64,000 nucleotides of DNA, from contig NC_083237.1 in the NCBI RefSeq assembly GCF_032191835.1, positions 22,816,001 through 22,880,000 on the forward strand, given 5' to 3'. The notes beneath the pieces are model-generated. The model made no database searches, had not been told where the DNA came from, and saw only the letters and a program-made list of their open reading frames with translations. Each line of letters opens with the position of its first letter. Within the stretch, counting starts at the first letter, position 1. The position numbers and the translations under genes are program-made. The stretch comes from Heteronotia binoei. Its lineage: Eukaryota. Below, one piece after another: positions 59,424 to 64,000 of the stretch.

Positions 59424-60082
59424 GCTTCTTGGGCAAGCCTCTGACACCAAGCTATGGCTGGCTTGTTAGAAAGTGGTATTAATGAAGATGAACGGAATTT
59501 TAATTGAATTTGCATTGCATTTAACAGATTTTATTGTACTTTAACAGAATTTTCCAATTGTATTTCCTTGAAAATTGTCTCAGGGACTTTTGTAGCTGAA
59601 AGGCAGTCTGTTACTCAACATCCATCCTGAAGGAGGTAAAATGAGCCTTCGTACTAAGAAAATGGGGCAGTGACACCTTGTGGACTTCTTTGAGGACAGC
59701 TCCTGGATTAGAGAGTTCAACCTAACCTTGATCTAGTACACAGATCCCAGTTTGGTGCCAGAGGGTGCCATGGTGCCTGCCGACACCTTTCTGGTACCAG
59801 CCAAGTGTTTTTAGGAAGTGGGTGGAGCTCAATAGGACTTTTGCCCAGCAAACTTTCTGATTGGCTATTGGAGATTTGATTGGCTGTGCAGATTTTTAAA
59901 AACATTGCTTTGGCAGCTGTCACCACAACACCAGGACCCACACTGTGCTACTGAAGCTGTTATCATTTTGTGGATGGCTCTGCCTCCTGTGGCAGCCATT
60001 TTGTTGCTGTGCCCATCATGCCACGTCAGAATTCCAGATGTTCCCCCAGGATCAAAAGGGTTGGAGACCCTTGGTCTAGTTA

Positions 60083-60370
60083 AAAGGTAAAGGTAGTCCC
60101 CTGTGTAAACCTCAAGTCATCGGGGTGATGTCACATCATGACGTTTTCATGGCAGACTTTTTACGGGGTGGTTTGCCATTGCCTTCCCCAGTCATCTACA
60201 TGTTACCCCCAGCAAACTGGGTACTCATTTTACCGACCTTGGAAAGATGGAAGGCTGAGTCAACCTTAAACCGGTTACCTGAACCCAGCTTCCACCAGGA
60301 TTGAACTCAGGTCGTAAGCAGAGCTTGGACTGCAGTACTGCAGTGTACCACTCTGCACTACTGGGCTCAG
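60083..60370 (-). mobile_element. Sauria SINE
   Basis: aaaggtaaaggtagtcccctgtg tail through ctgcagtactgcag head. Confidence 0.8.
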
Positions 60371-60475
60371 TACTTGTTTTAAAAACTGTTGCTTATTCTC
60401 TCCTTTGGCAGTTCCTGGAACCCCTTTAATTTCAAATAACTCTTCCTCATACAATTGTCTTGTCAACATTATCCA

Positions 60476-60609
60476 NNNNNNNNNNNNNNNNNNNNNNNNN
60501 NNNNNNNNNNNNNNNNNNNNNNNNNNNNNNNNNNNNNNNNNNNNNNNNNNNNNNNNNNNNNNNNNNNNNNNNNNNNNNNNNNNNNNNNNNNNNNNNNNNN
60601 NNNNNNNNN
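60476..60609. other. Assembly gap (N run)
   Basis: Run of n characters. Confidence 0.99.
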
Positions 60610-60997
60610 TCCTGTGTTTCTCTTCTTTATATATTGATTCTCAGTTTGCCTCCCCAGGTCTACTTTTGTTTTTCAAAGAGTTTACCACAGTGCCTGGCTC
60701 CTGTTTCGGCCCACCTGGCAGCTGGCAGTCTGCTGGCAGCTCAGAGAGATGGCTCGGTGTTCCTATGCTATGCTGAAGGCCGAGGAATCTAGTTGCACCC
60801 AAGCTGAAGTTAATTGGGAGTGAGGACACAGAGCCAAATTGGATTGCAAGGTGAGATGTTGCCAACGAGTTCCTTGAATGTTTGTTTCCCAAATAACACA
60901 CATCTTGCTTTGAAAGTGGAGCATTTGCAAGGAGGGTGTGTGCTATTTCGGCCCAGTCAAAACGTGGAGCTTCAGCCTCAGCCTGCTGTCCAGGCAG

Positions 60998-62765
60998 TAG
61001 GGTTGCCAAGTCCAATTCAAGAAATATCTGGGGACTTTGGGGGTGGAGCCAGGAGCAACGGTGTGACAAGCATAATTGTCCTCCAAAAGGAGTTCTGGCC
61101 ATCATCTTTAAAGAGACTGCACACTTTTTAAGTGCCTTCCTTCCATAGAAAATAATGAAAGATAGGGGCATCTTCTTTTGGGGCTCATAGAATTGGACCC
61201 TCTGGTCCAATCTTGGGGGGTATTTTGGGAAGATGCACTGGATGCTATACAGAAAATTTGGTGCATCTACCTCAAAAAACCGCACCCCCCCCCAGAGCCC
61301 CAGATACCCGCAGATCAATTCTCCATTATTTTCTATGGGAATAAGTCTCCACAGGGAATAATGGAGTTCCCAGCAGACATTTCCCTCCCCTCCCCCACTT
61401 TCTGATGACCCTGAAGCGGGGAGAGGGCCTCCAAACCGGGGATCTCCTGCCCCCACCTGGGGATTAAGCAAATACAAAAAGTCACACAGAAAGGAAGAAT
61501 GAAGAGAATGCCACCAGGCTCCGTGTAAAATCAGCTTTTCAATGCAGCTATCCGAACACTTGTATTAATATCTTGCAAAAAGGTCTAATCAGCACTTTCA
61601 TCATGTAAGTCCAGTTTATTTTACCAGAAAGTAATCAGCCTTGGAAAAGTGTGGATTGGTCCAAATTCATATGCCATACATCCACTTCATCTGTTTATTT
61701 TCTTTGGCTGCATATATATATTCTATTGACAGCAGATTAATCAATAATGTGACAGGTTCAATCGATTTTACTTTTCCTGTTTCGCCTCCAAACTTTATCT
61801 CAGCCCAAAGCTTATCACTCAACAAAACACAGCTCCTTCCTTTGAACATATGAACATCTGAAGCTGCCTTATACTGAATCAGACCCTTGGTCCATCAAAG
61901 TCAGTATTGTCTTCTCAGACTGGCAGCGGCTCTCCAGGGTCTCAGGCTGAGGTTTTTCACACCTATTTGCCTGGACCCTTTTTAGGAGATGCCAGGGATT
62001 GAACCTGGGACCTTCTGCTTCCCAAGCAGATGCTCTACCACTGAGCCACCGTCCCTCCACCGTCCCTTTTACTATCGCTTCACTCTCATCTTCAGTAGAA
62101 TCAACATGTTGCCAAGTCCAGTTCAAGAAATATCTGGGGATGTTGGGGGTGGAGCAAGGAGACATTGGGAATGGAGCCAGCAGACATTGGGGGTGGAGCC
62201 AGGAGACATTGGGGATGGAGCCAGGAGACATTGGGGGTGGAGCCAGGAACAAGGGTGTGACAAGCATAATTGAACTCCAAAGGGAGTTCTGGCCATCATC
62301 TTTAAAGAGACTGCACACTTTTAAAGCGCCTTCCTGTTGATTCTACAGAATGTTCCATGTGTCGATTCTACTGAAAATGAGAGTGAAGCAATAGTAAAAG
62401 GAAGGAACTGTGTTTTGTTGAGTGATAAGTTTTGGGCTGAGATAAAGCGTGGAAGCGAAACAGGAAAAGTAAAATCGATTGAACCTGTTGCATTATTGAT
62501 TAATCTGCTGTCAATAGAATATATATATGCAGCCAAAGGAAATAAACGGATGTAGTGGATGTATGGCATATGAATTTGGACCAATCCACACTTTTTCAAG
62601 GCTGATTGCTTTGTGGTAAAATAAACTGGATTTACGCGATGAAAGTGTTGATTAGACCTTTTTGCAAGATATCAATACAAGTGTTTGGATAGTTGCATTG
62701 AAAAGCTGACTTTACACGGAGCCTGGTGGCATTCTCTTCATCCCACCTGGGGGCTGGCAACCCTA
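60998..62765. mobile_element. Composite hAT/Tip100-like element containing a long inverted duplication
   Basis: Termini tagggttgcca / tggcaacccta; TSD ccaggcag/ccaggcat. Internal arms about 61500-62105 (interrupted by a tRNA SINE) and 62345-62740 are reverse complements. Confidence 0.7.
62125..62245 (+). repeat. Short tandem array of an approximately 23-nt unit (ggagacattgggggtggagcca) inside a MITE fragment
   Basis: About five imperfect copies visible. Confidence 0.75.
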
Positions 62766-63643
62766 CCAGGCATGCTGTGGCGTATCTACTGAAGTTTGTG
62801 GTTTTGTGCAAAACACGCCTCTTTTTTCCTATTTAGTCCAACAGTATTTCCCATAACAGGCTGCCAAATGCCCCTGGAATACTTAGGAGCAGGGCACAAA
62901 GGCAATAGCAGTCTGCTGCTTCTTGTCTCCTCTGCCTGGTACTCAGAGGTATATTGCCCCTGAACATGGAGGTTTCATTATTCACTATCACCCCCCCTTC
63001 CCTCAGGATGCCACTTGCATTCTGCATCTTCTCCTTCCTCGCTGTTGGTGTCCCTTGAAGGCTGCACACCTTCCTGGCCCACTCCCTTGGGAAAGCCAGT
63101 CCTGTAGAATATAGTGGGGCTTGCTTCCAGTTCATAGAACTTCATGACACAGGTCCTAGCCAGTCCATGGCTGAGCCCCCTGCCACCGTCAAGAGAGGGG
63201 CCTGGGCATTTGGGACCCAGGGCAGTAGGACTTGCAAAAGACACCGCCCAGCCAACCCCGTATGGGACTAACAGCAAGGATTGTGCATAGGTTTTCCAGC
63301 CTACAGGTGGGGTCTGGAGATGTACCAGAATTACAACTGATCTCTAGAGACCAGAAAATGGTGGCTTTGGAGGGTGGGCTGTATGGCATACCATGCTAAG
63401 GTTCCTCTCTCCTCCAGCCCCTGCCCTCCCTGCCAAATCTCCAGGAATTTCTCAACCCAGACTAGCAAACCTAGACTTGTACTTTCCTTCTAGGAGGAGT
63501 TGGAGCCCTGGTAGAGTGAGGGAACTTGCACACCCAAAACGCCACAGGCAGACTGGTAAATGCTTCTCTCTTGGCCTCGCCAAGACCTGTGACTGGCCAC
63601 TCTAACCCCAGTAGGCCTCACCCCATGCCTGGAGAAGCTCCGC

Positions 63644-63862
63644 TAGGGTTGCCAGATCTGTGTTGGAAAATACCTGGAGACTTTGGGGGTGGATATGGGA
63701 GAGGGCGGGGCTTAGGGAGGGGAGGGGCCTCAGCAGGGTACAGTGCCATAGAGTCCACCCTTCAAAGTGGCCATTTTCTTCAGGGGAGCTGATCTCTGTC
63801 AGCTGGAGATCAGTTGTCAAAGTGGGAGATTTCCAGGCCCCACCTGGAGGCTGGCAACCTTA
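63644..63862. mobile_element. hAT/Tip100-like MITE
   Basis: tagggttgccag ... ctggcaacctta; a second copy at about 63290-63470. Confidence 0.75.
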
Positions 63863-64000
63863 ACTCCTCTTAGCGATAACAGCCGCTGTAAAGAGACAAA
63901 TACAGGCCACTTATGAGAAAACAGAGGAAGTAAAACCTTGTGGGAGGGAAGTGAGAATTTGGTGGGACTCCTGGGAGAATTATTTGTGGAAGTGTGGGCC

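Noticed and set aside
60641-61477. 278-aa minus ORF
   Set aside because: Spans a non-autonomous MITE; no transposase motifs (no DDE or hATC domain).
62125-62245. CRISPR-like array
   Set aside because: Head-to-tail units with no unique spacers, in a vertebrate MITE.
50950-64000. CLDN6/CLDN9 expected upstream of TNFRSF12A from human synteny
   Set aside because: No claudin-like ORF found; probably beyond the window.

Overview
Vertebrate genomic DNA, almost certainly a squamate and probably a gecko. This is inferred from Sauria, 5S-Sauria and Squam3-like SINEs plus BovB. The window is syntenic with human 16p13.3. Six protein-coding genes were assembled by hand from GT-AG exons with consistent phases: (1) the last exon of a RAB35-like paralogue (+); (2) HCFC1R1/HPIP (-), a long 246-260 aa form; (3) THOC6 (+, 327 aa), head-to-head with HCFC1R1 on a CpG-island bidirectional promoter; (4) an uncharacterised 5-exon, 466-aa Mab-21/cGAS-like (cGLR-fold) gene (-) with a degenerate catalytic triad; (5) a ZG16-like secreted jacalin lectin (-, 164 aa); (6) TNFRSF12A/Fn14 (-, 123 aa). 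The rest is dense with SINEs, hAT-type MITEs, CR1/RTE/Penelope fragments, a young 5'-truncated L2 LINE and a decayed BovB. There are two assembly gaps. The best candidate for an undescribed system is the Mab-21/cGAS-like gene, which sits in tandem with ZG16-like and Fn14. Repeat boundaries are approximate unless a target-site duplication (TSD) is quoted.
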